Shown: one piece after another, positions 20,416-32,261 of the stretch
Layout of the letters: the number at the start of each line of letters is the position of its first letter
Numbering within the stretch: position 1 is the first letter of the stretch
Assembly: GCA_963740315.1 (NCBI GenBank)
Contig: CAVUDP010000002.1
Location: 288,001-352,000 of the forward strand
From: an uncultured cyanobacterium
Lineage (GTDB): Bacteria; Cyanobacteriota; Cyanobacteriia; Cyanobacteriales; Nostocaceae
Reading direction: 5' to 3'
DNA: 64,000 nt
Translations under genes and position numbers: made by a program
The notes under the pieces: model-generated
The model's database searches: none
Seen by the model: the letters and a program-made list of their open reading frames with translations, nothing else
Told to the model about the DNA's origin: nothing

Positions 20416-20895
20416 ATGTCTTCCTCAAGTACCGCGATCGCCAATTCCAACGCAACCCTTAACCAACCTTGGGAAATTAAACTACTTTACGACGGTGAAT
20501 GTCCCTTATGTTTGCGCGAAGTTAACTTTTTACAAAAGCGCGACGCTGGTAGAGGTAAAGTTGCATTTGTAGATATCGCAGCGGATGATTACAGCCCAGA
20601 AGAAAATGGTGGAATTGATTTTGAAACGGCGATGGGACGAATTCACGGAGTTTTACCCGACGGTACGGTAATTAAAAACGTCGAAGTTTTCCGTAGGGTT
20701 TATGAAGCCTTGGGGATGGGTTGGGTTTATGCGATAACCAAGTTACCGATTTTGGGGGCTTTAGCTAACTTTATTTACGGTATTTGGGCGGATTTGCGTT
20801 TGCGTTTGACAGGAAGACCTAATTTAGAAACCGTTATTAAACAGCGTCGGGAAAGACTTGGTTGTGATGAAGAAGGGCGTTGTCGGGTGGATTAG
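20416..20895 (+). CDS. DCC family thiol-disulfide oxidoreductase (DUF393)
   Basis: LLYDGECPLC motif. Confidence 0.9.
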   Translation: MSSSSTAIANSNATLNQPWEIKLLYDGECPLCLREVNFLQKRDAGRGKVAFVDIAADDYSPEENGGIDFETAMGRIHGVLPDGTVIKNVEVFRRVYEALGMGWVYAITKLPILGALANFIYGIWADLRLRLTGRPNLETVIKQRRERLGCDEEGRCRVD

Positions 20896-20914
20896 CAATA
20901 AGTTCGCAAATTGG

Positions 20915-21090
20915 TAAGTGGGTGTGCAAAATTATTTGTGTCATTGCGTTAGCGCAGCGTGTCCGATAGGACATGCGACAGCGAAGCAATCTCAAAGTCT
21001 TGCGATGAACCGCAGTTTCCGCTGAATGCTTCGTTTCACTTCGTTCCACTCGCAATGACAAATGCACAATTAATTTTGCCTAAGTACTTA
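20915..21090. mobile_element. MITE-like element with internal GTCATTGCG...CGCAATGAC palindrome
   Basis: Ends TAAGTGGGTGTGCAAAATTA ... TAATTTTGCCTAAGTACTTA; a related copy is at 58768-58898. Confidence 0.7.
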
Positions 21091-21225
21091 GTAGCAATAC
21101 CCTCGAAGGGTATCGCTACAGGAACGAAGCCCACCGTAAGGTGGGCTAATGAAGAATTTTCAGCCCACCTTACGGTGGGCTTTGTAATTGTAGCCCCAGG
21201 CTTCGAGCCTGCGGGCGTTTTTGTT
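21091..21225. repeat. REP-like hairpin cluster
   Basis: AGCCCACCGTAAGGTGGGCT and its inverted copy AGCCCACCTTACGGTGGGCT, plus GTAG-initiated hairpins. Confidence 0.75.
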
Positions 21226-21244
21226 TGCGGGCTTATTGGGAAGG

Positions 21245-22375
21245 CTAAGCTCGGTAAGCATGAAGAGACTTGAAATTATTGCTAATTACTGAACTCATTA
21301 TCTTCATAAAAGTGTTGCGAAGTCCTACAGTCAAAGGATTTTTCAATTCGCCCATCTTACCAGATTGCAATGACTGCTCAACGATCGCCTTAGTACGAGG
21401 AAATCTTAGAGATTCATAGCGTTGAAAAGCAGCAATTGGATCGGATTGTTCTTGCAGACATTTGGCAACTACATAAGCATCTTCCAAGGCTGTACAAGCA
21501 CCCTGTCCCATCGTGGGTAGCATGGGGTGGGCAGCATCACCGAGTAGCGTAATATTCTGCTGACTCCAAGGCTGTTGCGGAGGGCGATCGTATAAATCGG
21601 TGGTCAAAATATTAGCTTCATCCGTAGCAGCGATTAACTCAGGAATAACTGAAAACCAATCCTGATACATCGTTTCAAGCTCTTTTTTACGACCAGTTGC
21701 AGCATCCGGTTGTGCTTCTGATGCAGTAGCTGCGGCATACCAATACATCTTTCCCTTGCCAAGCATCATGAAACCGAATCCTTTACCACATCCTAAAAAT
21801 TCCTGAATGTAACCAGGACGATATTTATTCGGAACATAATCGGTTAAACCGCGCCAAGTCTTAAAATTCCGGTAAATAGGAGGTTCATTGCTGAGAATTA
21901 CCGCTCGTACTCGCGATCGCAATCCATCTGCGCCGATTAAGGCATCTCCTTCAACCCTCAAACCTGAAGCAAAATAGGCATGAACTTGATTATTATTACG
22001 CTCAAATCCCTCGAAAGTCTCTCCTAAAATAAATTTCTCACTTGGCATATTACGCCACAATAGCTGATGCAATTCGGCTCTGGCAATACCAATAACAGGT
22101 AATTCAGAGCCATCAACAGACACATTCACCAACTTCTTACCACGTTGCGAATTGAATTGGTAATTCGTCGTCAGACAGCCAACTTGCATAGCTTCTTTCA
22201 ATAAGCCTAGATTCTTCAAAATATGTGTTGCATTTGCCCAAAGTGCAATTCCAGCCCCTACTTCTCTTAACTCTTTAATTCTCTCGTAAACCACTGGTTC
22301 AACACAACCAGTACGACTTAAAGCAAGCGCGGTTGCAGCACCGCCAATTCCCCCTCCGATGACAATAATTTTCAT
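21245..22375 (-). CDS. FAD-dependent monooxygenase
   Basis: GGGIGG, GADG, LLGDAAHPMLPTMGQGAC; ATG at 22375 (MKIIVIG) preferred over the track start at 22393. Confidence 0.92.
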   Translation of the reverse strand: MKIIVIGGGIGGAATALALSRTGCVEPVVYERIKELREVGAGIALWANATHILKNLGLLKEAMQVGCLTTNYQFNSQRGKKLVNVSVDGSELPVIGIARAELHQLLWRNMPSEKFILGETFEGFERNNNQVHAYFASGLRVEGDALIGADGLRSRVRAVILSNEPPIYRNFKTWRGLTDYVPNKYRPGYIQEFLGCGKGFGFMMLGKGKMYWYAAATASEAQPDAATGRKKELETMYQDWFSVIPELIAATDEANILTTDLYDRPPQQPWSQQNITLLGDAAHPMLPTMGQGACTALEDAYVVAKCLQEQSDPIAAFQRYESLRFPRTKAIVEQSLQSGKMGELKNPLTVGLRNTFMKIMSSVISNNFKSLHAYRA

Positions 22376-22386
22376 AGTTCGCAGTA

Positions 22387-22459
22387 TCGACAAACTTGTC
22401 AGTTGATTATTCTTTTGTAACAGGTTTTTTCTGTTTTTGTCAACTGACTATTCAGTCGA
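22387..22459. promoter_or_regulatory. Two putative TetR operators between divergent genes
   Basis: TCGACAAACTTGTCAGTTGA (22387-22406) and TCAACTGACTATTCAGTCGA (22440-22459) are imperfect palindromes in inverted orientation; TATAAT at 22467-22472. Confidence 0.65.
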
Positions 22460-22486
22460 TTAAAGGTATAATGATTTGTAGCTTTT

Positions 22487-23164
22487 TTGAAGTCTAGAAC
22501 CACCGTGGCACGTACAAAAGCTGAAAAAGTCAAGAATAGCAAACCCGTTCGAGATGCAGAAGCAACCCAAGCTGTGATTTTGTCAGCAGCAGAAGAAGAA
22601 TTTGCTCAACATGGTTTTACGGCTGCTCGAACAGAAGCGATCGCAGCTAAAACAGGTGTAGCCAAGTCGATGATTTATTACTATTTCAAAGATAAAGAAG
22701 GTTTATATCAAGAAGTATTAAAGCGATCGCACGCGGATTTGTTACAAACAGTCGAGAAGTTAAATTTAGAGCATTTATCTCCTGATGTCGCTTTAGAAAA
22801 ATTCCTTAAAGCATTGCTTGATTGTGTCTCACGTAATCCAAAACTGCCAACTATCATGTTCCACGAAGCAGTGCAAAACCAAGGAAAGTACTACAAAAAT
22901 AGTAGTTCGGTAAGTATTGATACTACTTTGGTCAAGATTTTAGAAAAAGGCGTGACTGCGGGGGTATTTCGTCAGCTAGATCCGTTTCATTCGGCAATTA
23001 ATATTATGGGAACTTGCCTGTTTTATTTCATTGGTGCAGGCAATATTCAGCAGGTTTCCCAGGGGAAGCGGCTTTTAAGCAAAGCGATGTTAAAACAACA
23101 TACTCAAGAAGCGATCGCGTTAATCTTAGCGGGCTTGAAACCAACTGCCGCAGAACTGCATTAG
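22487..23164 (+). CDS. TetR/AcrR family regulator
   Basis: ILSAAEEEFAQHGF...IAAKTGVAKSMIYYYFKDKEGLY; true start may be GTG 22505. Confidence 0.93.
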   Translation: MKSRTTVARTKAEKVKNSKPVRDAEATQAVILSAAEEEFAQHGFTAARTEAIAAKTGVAKSMIYYYFKDKEGLYQEVLKRSHADLLQTVEKLNLEHLSPDVALEKFLKALLDCVSRNPKLPTIMFHEAVQNQGKYYKNSSSVSIDTTLVKILEKGVTAGVFRQLDPFHSAINIMGTCLFYFIGAGNIQQVSQGKRLLSKAMLKQHTQEAIALILAGLKPTAAELH

Positions 23165-23343
23165 AAATAATTCTTTAATATTATCCCAATCATCCCCAGA
23201 CGCGATCGCTGTTAAAAGATAGAGCAAAAAATGACCCCGATGAGCAATTACGGAAATGGGCTAAGAAAATTATTGATTCCAACCATCATTAACTAAGTTT
23301 TAATATAGATATAATCCAATATTCCATTACTACCGCAGAAGCT

Positions 23344-23658
23344 ATGACTGAAAATTCTACTCGTACCGTTCGTAGAGGACGCATTTTTCCCGAAATCCAG
23401 TGGACGGAAGAACAAAAAGCGCAATGGAAAACGGAACAAGATGAATTTTACCAGCGCTGCAAACCGATTTTTGATAAAGTTCAACCCGAACTAATTAAAA
23501 CTCACTATAACTGGTACATGGCAGTCGAACCAGAAAGTAGTGAATATTTTGTTAATAAAGATGAAATGAATGCTATCAAAATGTCCCGCGAAAAATACCC
23601 GAAATCTCCAGTTTTTGTATTTAAAATTAACGAGACTGGAGTTGCAGGGACATTGTAG
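23344..23658 (+). CDS. Small hypothetical protein (DUF5678-like)
   Basis: ELIKTHYNWYMAVEPESSEYF pattern; ATG start. Confidence 0.65.
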   Translation: MTENSTRTVRRGRIFPEIQWTEEQKAQWKTEQDEFYQRCKPIFDKVQPELIKTHYNWYMAVEPESSEYFVNKDEMNAIKMSREKYPKSPVFVFKINETGVAGTL

Positions 23659-23706
23659 TGCGAGCATCTTGCTCGCTATATATGGCTTAATAATATAATT
23701 ACTCAT
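23655..23706 (-). pseudogene. Probable 5' remnant of a ParE toxin gene interrupted by a REP hairpin
   Basis: ATG 2 bp after the parD stop encodes MSNYIIKP, then runs into GCGAGCAAGATGCTCGCACTAC. Confidence 0.5.
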
Positions 23707-23708
23707 TC

Positions 23709-23969
23709 TCATCTCTCGCGAGCTTTTTGAAATCTTTCTAATATTTGATTCACTACAGTTTCACCATCCAAACCTTCTCCACGTTCAAGCTCTGCAATAG
23801 CAACATCAACTTTTTGACGAGTTTCTTCTATCCACTGAGCATATTCAACATTTAACTTTTCTAACAATTGAAATGCGATATCAGCTACTTCTTCAGGATT
23901 GTTATATCTACCTGTAGCTATTTGTGCTTGAATAAACTTTTCATGTTCTGGTTTGATTTGGATATGCAT
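23709..23969 (-). CDS. parD: ParD-like (ribbon-helix-helix) antitoxin
   Basis: MHIQIKPEHEKFIQAQIATGRYNNPEEV...AELERGEGLDGE. Confidence 0.8.
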   Translation of the reverse strand: MHIQIKPEHEKFIQAQIATGRYNNPEEVADIAFQLLEKLNVEYAQWIEETRQKVDVAIAELERGEGLDGETVVNQILERFQKARER

Positions 23970-24002
23970 TGGTTATCTCTCCTAATTAATAAAACCATAT
24001 TT

Positions 24003-24480
24003 TGTAGGGTGTGTGAGGCTTACGAAAAATATTGTACGTAGCGAGCAATAAGATTTATAGCGTCACGCACTATTTTTTATTTTAACAATCCCGTAATTTT
24101 ATTAAAGGATATATGGTGCGTTAGACGAATTCGTTCATTTATCGATTATTTGTGTATATAGTCGTGCGTCTAACACACCCTACAAATTACAAACGAAAAT
24201 ATTTATTATGATGTCACGCACTATTTCTTGTATTTCAACAATCTCGCTATTCTATTAAATAGATGGTGCGTTAGACGAATTCGTTCATTTATCGATTATT
24301 TGTGTATATAGTCGTGCGTCTAACACACCCTACAAATTGAAATATTTATTATGATGTCACGCACCATTTCTTGTATTTTAACAATCCCGTTATTCCATTA
24401 AATATATGGTGCGTTAGACGAATTCGTTCATTTATCGGTTATTTGTGTATGTAGTCGTGCGTCTAACACACCCTACAAAT
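24003..24480. repeat. Tandem REP-like array (~143-150 bp period, 3 units)
   Basis: ATGGTGCGTTAGACG...CGTCTAACACACCCTAC at 24113, 24263 and 24406; inverted GTAGGGTGTGTGA head at 24004. Confidence 0.92.
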
Positions 24481-24635
24481 ATTAATCTTTCTCTTTCTCT
24501 CCACCTCTTCCCTCTGCGCTCTCCGCGTCTCTGCGGTTCAATCCTTCCTAAAATCTTGACAATCACCGACAAATTTAGTACAAATGCACTAAATACTTCT
24601 ATTAAAACTCAATATTCTTAAATTAGGAGGAGTAA

Positions 24636-26684
<2,049 letters not shown>

Positions 26685-26700
26685 ACAAATTACCTAATAG

Positions 26701-26954
26701 TCGATCGCATTAATTTTAAAAGGTTTGTAGTAAGGACTTTAGTCCTAAATCCGATCGCATTAATTTTAAGAGGTTTGTAGTAAGGACTTTAGTCCTAAAT
26801 CCGATCGCATTAATTTTAAGAGGTTTGTAGTAAGGACTTTAGTCCTAAATCCGATCGCATTAATTTTAAAAGGTTTGTAGTAAGGACTTTAGTCCTAAAT
26901 CAGAGGGCTGAAGCCCTTACTACGAACCAGAGGGCTGAAGCCCTTACTACGAAC
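26701..26954. repeat. GTAG-type REP array: 4 x 50 bp plus 2 x 27 bp inverted-orientation units
   Basis: CGATCGCATTAATTTTAARAGGTTTGTAGTAAGGACTTTAGTCCTAAAT x4, then CAGAGGGCTGAAGCCCTTACTACGAAC x2. Confidence 0.95.
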
Positions 26955-26986
26955 CGGGTTTCTCAACAGTCTCGATCGAGTTATTG

Positions 26987-27520
26987 TTATTGATTTTCTG
27001 CGATATCGATGCTGAATCTGTCTCCAGTTTCTGCATCCACTACCATTAAAATTTTGGCTTTTTTAAACTTTTCTACACGTGGTGAATTTTCATCGCGGAC
27101 TCGTTGTGGTACATTAATTCCGTTTGGTGCGTCAATTTCAATTAACCAGACACGACGGTTGGGGTGTACTTGAGCGTTTTCGATGCTATCCCCGCCAAGG
27201 TTACTTTTAAATTTGATGTAATCGGCGTAAGTTACAAGCCGTGCATTTTTTAGATTCAAGCCTTCTCTTAATTGTCCGATTGCACGTTCTTTTTTAATCA
27301 ACTGAACAACTGGTATAAGACTGTTATCTGGGTAAAGATATTCTGTCTGCGTTGTTGGTGAAGGTGGCTCAGGAACAATCGGCTTTATCAATTCAGGAGG
27401 TCTTCTCAATCCAGGAGGACTACTATTATCTGGGTTATCTACTGAGTTTTGCGCTAATAATGATGTTGTTGGAATTATGATACCAATTGCCAAAATACCT
27501 AAAAATAAAAACTTTTTCAT
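26987..27520 (-). CDS. Secreted hypothetical protein
   Basis: Signal peptide MKKFLFLGILAIG...LLA (start moved to 27520), Pro-rich linker, C-terminal VVDAETG (PepSY-like ending). Confidence 0.7.
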   Translation of the reverse strand: MKKFLFLGILAIGIIIPTTSLLAQNSVDNPDNSSPPGLRRPPELIKPIVPEPPSPTTQTEYLYPDNSLIPVVQLIKKERAIGQLREGLNLKNARLVTYADYIKFKSNLGGDSIENAQVHPNRRVWLIEIDAPNGINVPQRVRDENSPRVEKFKKAKILMVVDAETGDRFSIDIAENQ

Positions 27521-28038
27521 TTGTTTGTTGTGTTGATTACAATTTATTAAGGACGTAAGAATTGAATAATAGTTTGCGAAGTCAATTCGCCAATCCAAGA
27601 AGTTTGCAAAACTATTTACACCTGTTTGAATTTTATTAACGACATTTTTAATGTAGAGAACTCCGCACTGCTACGTCTCCAGAGATTTTATTGGTATTAC
27701 AAATCTATTTACAATTACATCCCACTCAGGACTTACGATATTTTCACAAATGGTTGATGGTGCGTGACGCTACAAACCTTATTGCTACGTTCAAACGAGA
27801 TAAATGCGTCACACACCCTACAAGAAAAATGTGCCAGTTGCGGCTATTCCTACCACTGCATAAGTGGATAGGCACAAACCCTATAAAACTTTGTAGTTCA
27901 AGCATCTACCCAGTAGTTTCACTTAAAAATCTAAATTATTTTCGCAAATCTTTCCGAAACCAGGATTTATACGGTGAAGCTTAAATTACAAAACTTTTTT
28001 AATTATCGTACCTATCTAAGGAGTGAAAAAATAAAACT

Positions 28039-28368
28039 ATGACTGCTTTCAACAATCCACAAGAACAAAACCACCAACAATCCAAAGCTACTAATAAAGA
28101 AAGAAAAAGCTTATTTGGAAGTAAAACTTTTTGGGGTATTCTTTTCACGTCAATGGCAGCGATCGCCCCTATCGTAGGAGAAGATGTCGATAAAGCCTTA
28201 AAAGGAGAACCTGTAAACTACGGTGAAGATGTGGCTCAAGTAGTAGTAATTGCGTGCGGTGCAGCAGCATCAATTGTCGGTAGAGTCGAAGCAAAATCAC
28301 CTATTTATACTCCTAAATGGATGCCGGGACCAAATGAAACGGATTCTGACTCGGAGCAAATTAGTTAA
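28039..28368 (+). CDS. Small two-TM hypothetical protein
   Basis: AGGAG RBS; KSLFGSKTFWG followed by two hydrophobic helices. Confidence 0.7.
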   Translation: MTAFNNPQEQNHQQSKATNKERKSLFGSKTFWGILFTSMAAIAPIVGEDVDKALKGEPVNYGEDVAQVVVIACGAAASIVGRVEAKSPIYTPKWMPGPNETDSDSEQIS

Positions 28369-28459
28369 TTTATGAGGAATAAAATCGCGGTTAATTTTAA
28401 TTTCGATCGGGTTGCATCTTAAATATTAGAATAAGAAGGGCTAAAGCCCCTACTACGAA

Positions 28460-29818
28460 CTAATTACTAACTACTTCAGCATTATCCATAGCTTTAGCAC
28501 CACGAGTTTTTTGATTCCACAAATAAGCGCCAATTCCGACAATTAAATTAGAAATACAAGCCGCAGCAAATATTCCGTTAACTCCGTAAAGTTTTCCTGC
28601 AAAATACGCTAAGGGAATATAAAGTACGAACATCCGCGCTACTGTCATCACCACGGAAGGAATCGGTTTACCCAAAGCGTTAAAAGCGGAACTTGCTACA
28701 TAAATAATTCCTGCGCTGGCATAGCTAATTGGTACGATCCATAGATATTGAGAAGCAATTGCAACAATATCGGGATTGGGATTAAAGAAAGCAACCAAAG
28801 TCGGCGCGGCTACTGCTAAAACTGCTGCTGCCATCAAACCCCATAACAAACAAAATAGAAAACTTAACTGCAAAGCTTTACCAACTCTTGCATACTTCTT
28901 CGCACCCCAATTTTGACCGACGAAAGGCGCAATAGAAGCGGATAATGCCATCACAGCAATTAATGCAAAGGATTCGATCCGGGATGCAACACCAAAAGCG
29001 GCAACAGCTTCAGCACCGAAACCAGCCAAAAGACTTGTAATTACACCAATTGAAATCGGATTAATCATACTGCTAGCAGCAGCAGGCAAACCCACATACA
29101 AAATATCTTTCCAGCACCACAGCGTATCTTGAAGAGATGGCAGCTTTAAATACAGCATTTTTTCTTTGAAGTGCAGTACAAATAAAGCAGCAATTAAAGT
29201 AATTCCTCTGGAAATTACCGTTGCCAAAGCCGCACCTTGCAATTCCATACGAGGAAAACCGCCTATTCCCAAAATTAACAAAGGATCTAAAGCAATATTT
29301 ACAGCGGCTGCAAATATCATAATTAAACTAGGTGTAAGCGTATTACCAGAAGCGCGAATTGCACTATTACCCACCATCGGCACTACCAGAAACACCATAC
29401 CAAAGTACCAAATCTGCATATAGTCTCGCACCAACGGCAGTATATCGGCACTCGCACCCAAAGCGGTAAATAAGGGATCGATCGTTAATAAACCTATAAT
29501 CACAAAAATTGCAACCGCAGTTACCGCCAAAGTCAGACTATTAGTAGTGAACTTTTTCACGCGCTGGCGATCGCCTTCTCCAATCGCGCGAGAAATCACC
29601 GAAGAAGCACCCACACCCAAGCCCATCGACAAACTACCCAGAGTCATCACCACCGGAAACGTAAAACTCATCGCCGCCAAAGGTTCCGTTCCCAACTGCC
29701 CCACAAAGTAAGTATCTACCAAATTGAAAGCAATAATCGCAAATACACCCCATATCATCGGTATGGTCAGTTTTACCAACGTAGAGCCGACATTGCCTTC
29801 AGTTAATCGTAGTTTCAT
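28460..29818 (-). CDS. MATE family efflux transporter
   Basis: NLVDTYFVGQLG, NIALDPLLI, GAALATVIS, GQNWGAK. Confidence 0.95.
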   Translation of the reverse strand: MKLRLTEGNVGSTLVKLTIPMIWGVFAIIAFNLVDTYFVGQLGTEPLAAMSFTFPVVMTLGSLSMGLGVGASSVISRAIGEGDRQRVKKFTTNSLTLAVTAVAIFVIIGLLTIDPLFTALGASADILPLVRDYMQIWYFGMVFLVVPMVGNSAIRASGNTLTPSLIMIFAAAVNIALDPLLILGIGGFPRMELQGAALATVISRGITLIAALFVLHFKEKMLYLKLPSLQDTLWCWKDILYVGLPAAASSMINPISIGVITSLLAGFGAEAVAAFGVASRIESFALIAVMALSASIAPFVGQNWGAKKYARVGKALQLSFLFCLLWGLMAAAVLAVAAPTLVAFFNPNPDIVAIASQYLWIVPISYASAGIIYVASSAFNALGKPIPSVVMTVARMFVLYIPLAYFAGKLYGVNGIFAAACISNLIVGIGAYLWNQKTRGAKAMDNAEVVSN

Positions 29819-29827
29819 AAATAAATT

Positions 29828-30020
29828 TTAGTGGTTAGTTGATAGTAGTTAGTTGATAGTTGATAGTTGCTGGGGATTGGGCATTGGGCATTGGGATTAA
29901 AAATTATTTCTCCTTGTCTCCTTGTCTCCTTGTCTCCTTGTCTCCTTGTCTCCTTGTCTCCTTGTCCCCTTGTCTCCCCCTCTACCCCCTCTCCCCATCC
30001 CCCCATCCCCCCATCCCCCT
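29828..30020. repeat. Short tandem repeats (TAGTTGA, GGGCATT, CCTTGTCT, CCCCATCC)
   Basis: Directly visible runs. Confidence 0.9.
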
Positions 30021-30042
30021 CTCATTCACAATTTAAAAAAGC

Positions 30043-30612
30043 ATGAAAATATTCCTTATAGCCTTTGGCTGGGCTGTTGCTCTTAGTATTGGTACTTTTT
30101 TTCTGTTTTTATCGAATCTGTCATACCAACTCAACCCTTTAGATGTTATGTCAGAGTTTACCCGCTATGGTGCGACTATTGGTTCTATCGGAGGATTGAC
30201 AATCGGTATAGTCTTGATGTGGACTAATTCAATTAAGCCATCTCATGTTGCTCTTCTAACATTTATTTGGGGAGCCAGTTTCTTGATTGGTTTAATTATA
30301 GGTTGGCAAGTATTTCTGCTTGATGCTTCAAGTCCAATTTTCAGCAAAGGTATGATTGTTGGCATGACTATAGGCGGTTGTCTTGGTGGGTTTTTTACGG
30401 CTTTACTATTAAGACATCATCAACTGTTAAATAACTGGACTAATATTTTCCTTATCACCGTTGGTTGGTTTCTAGCTTTATTTAACGGTAGTTCTTTTAT
30501 CTTCGGCTTCAACTTTGTAGCTGTTCCCATAGGATTTACCTTTGCTCTTATTGTTAGCGGAATGATTATCGGTATAGTTGGCGGTAGCATTATGTTTTGG
30601 CAAATGAGGTGA
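30043..30612 (+). CDS. Gly-rich multi-pass membrane protein
   Basis: ~6 hydrophobic helices with GxxxG motifs. Confidence 0.7.
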   Translation: MKIFLIAFGWAVALSIGTFFLFLSNLSYQLNPLDVMSEFTRYGATIGSIGGLTIGIVLMWTNSIKPSHVALLTFIWGASFLIGLIIGWQVFLLDASSPIFSKGMIVGMTIGGCLGGFFTALLLRHHQLLNNWTNIFLITVGWFLALFNGSSFIFGFNFVAVPIGFTFALIVSGMIIGIVGGSIMFWQMR

Positions 30613-30752
30613 ATCAGTAATCAGTTACCAGTAATCAGTTACCAGTTACCACTAATCAGTTACCAGTTACCACTAATCAGTCAGGAGTAATTAAGGTTAA
30701 AATTCTCCCTATCCCCCCATCTCCCCATCTCCCCATCCCCCCCTCTACCCCC
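30613..30752. repeat. Short tandem repeats (CAGTTAC/CAGTAAT, CCCCATCT)
   Basis: Directly visible runs. Confidence 0.85.
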
Positions 30753-30788
30753 TCTTGCCATCATGTAGTATGCTTGTAGTGCTAACAG

Positions 30789-31973
30789 ATGGCGGTAAAC
30801 AGAATGAATTCGCAATTTGAATACAGCATCGTTACCAATTCAGAAGATGTTCAAAAATTTGGAAGCATCTTGGAACAATGTTTTTTAGCTTCCCCAGGTG
30901 AGGAAGAAGGTTGGCTTAAGCGGATGGGGGTAGAAAACATTCGTGTAATCCGCAAGGAAAAAGAAATTGTCGGTGGATTGGTAGTTATTCCGATGGGGCA
31001 ATGGTGGGGTAGCAAAAACGTGGCGATGACGGGTATTGCTGGGGTTGGTGTTGCTCCGGAGTGTCGGGGTACTGGTGCGGCGTTGAGTTTAATGCAGCAG
31101 ACTATTAAAGAACTTTATGCAAATGATGTGCCGATTTCGGTACTTTATCCGGCAACTCAACGGCTTTATCGGAAGGCTGGATACGAGCAAGGAGGTAGTT
31201 TTTGCGGATGGGAAATTCCAGCGCAGAGTATTCAAATTAGAGAACAACCTTTACCGATAAAATCTGTTGCGATATCAGATATTTTTTACGAACTGTATAC
31301 AAGGCAGGCAAAAAATATAAATGGATATTTAAACCGGAATCAAACTATCTGGAATCGCATCATTAAACCGGATAATAAAGAAGTTTTTTATGCTTATATT
31401 ATCGGTTCGATTGAAAAACCGGAAGGTTATATCGTATTTAGCCAGAATCGCATTGAGAACGATAATGTTTTGATGGTTGTTGATTGGGTTCTTCTGACAA
31501 ATGCAGCAGCACAAAGCTTTTGGTCATTTCTGAGCAATCATCGCTCTCAAATAGATAAAATACGTTGGCGCGGCTCTGCAATTGATAATTTGACATTAAT
31601 ATTGCCCGAACAAACTGCTAAAAATAGATTTATTCAACGCTGGATGTTGCGACTAATAAATGTAGAGAAAGCATTATCCGCACGCGGTTATTGTTCGGGA
31701 ATTGAAACCGAATTGCATTTAGAAATAACAGATGATTTGATAGCAGAAAACAACGGCAAATTTATTTTATCAATTGCCAACGGAAGCGGAAATGTTGTAA
31801 AAGGTGGCAAGGGTGAATTAAACCTAGATATTAGAGGATTAGCACTTTTATATACAGGATTATTTTCACCTCAACAATTACAACTTGCTGGAATCGACGC
31901 GACAGATGCAGTAATTTCCACCGCTACGCAGATATTCGCTGGTACGTCTCCGTGGATGATGGACTTTTTTTGA
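30789..31973 (+). CDS. Eis-like GNAT acetyltransferase with SCP2 C-terminal domain
   Basis: GIAGVGVAPECRGTGAA, SVLYP...LYRKAGYE, WMLRLINVEKAL, ITDDLIAENNG. Confidence 0.9.
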   Translation: MAVNRMNSQFEYSIVTNSEDVQKFGSILEQCFLASPGEEEGWLKRMGVENIRVIRKEKEIVGGLVVIPMGQWWGSKNVAMTGIAGVGVAPECRGTGAALSLMQQTIKELYANDVPISVLYPATQRLYRKAGYEQGGSFCGWEIPAQSIQIREQPLPIKSVAISDIFYELYTRQAKNINGYLNRNQTIWNRIIKPDNKEVFYAYIIGSIEKPEGYIVFSQNRIENDNVLMVVDWVLLTNAAAQSFWSFLSNHRSQIDKIRWRGSAIDNLTLILPEQTAKNRFIQRWMLRLINVEKALSARGYCSGIETELHLEITDDLIAENNGKFILSIANGSGNVVKGGKGELNLDIRGLALLYTGLFSPQQLQLAGIDATDAVISTATQIFAGTSPWMMDFF

Positions 31974-32261
31974 TGGGGGGATGGGGAGATGGGGTTCGGG
32001 GGAGATGGGGAGTACTTCGACAAGTCTTACAGTGAGCTACGTCGAACTGCTCAGTAACCTTTGGGGAGATGGGGTTCGGGGGAGATGAGGAGATGGGGAG
32101 ATGGGGTAAAGGGGGGAGAGGGGGAGAGGGGGTAGAGGGGGGAGAGGGGGTAGAGGGGGTAGTTAAACAGCGAGCAAGATGCATGTCCTGGCGGACACGC
32201 TGCGCTAACGCACTACTGCTAACTGTTAACTGCTAACTGCTAACTGGTAACTGGTAACTGC
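31974..32261. repeat. G-rich tandem repeats with nested small dispersed repeats
   Basis: GGGGAGAT/GGGGTAGAG runs; hairpin elements at 32012-32059 and 32170-32216; TAACTGC/TAACTGG runs. Confidence 0.85.

Noticed and set aside
20837..21273. ORFs of 76 and 104 aa
   Set aside because: Read through MITE/REP DNA
23491..23712. 73-aa ORF as an intact toxin
   Set aside because: Only the first ~8 codons look ParE-like; the rest is repeat sequence and antisense of the 23344-23658 gene
24003..24480. Possible CRISPR or ncRNA array
   Set aside because: Inter-repeat segments are copies of one another; the palindromic REP family also occurs at ~27757, 39388 and 39900
26701..26954. Possible CRISPR array
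   Set aside because: Units are contiguous and near-identical, with no unique spacers and no cas genes; these are REP tandem repeats
27691..27984. 97-aa ORF
   Set aside because: TTG start, spans a REP element, no protein-like features
29815..30006. 63-aa ORF (GDKETRRQ repeats); similarly 31924-32184 and 52267-52452
   Set aside because: Translations of short tandem repeats
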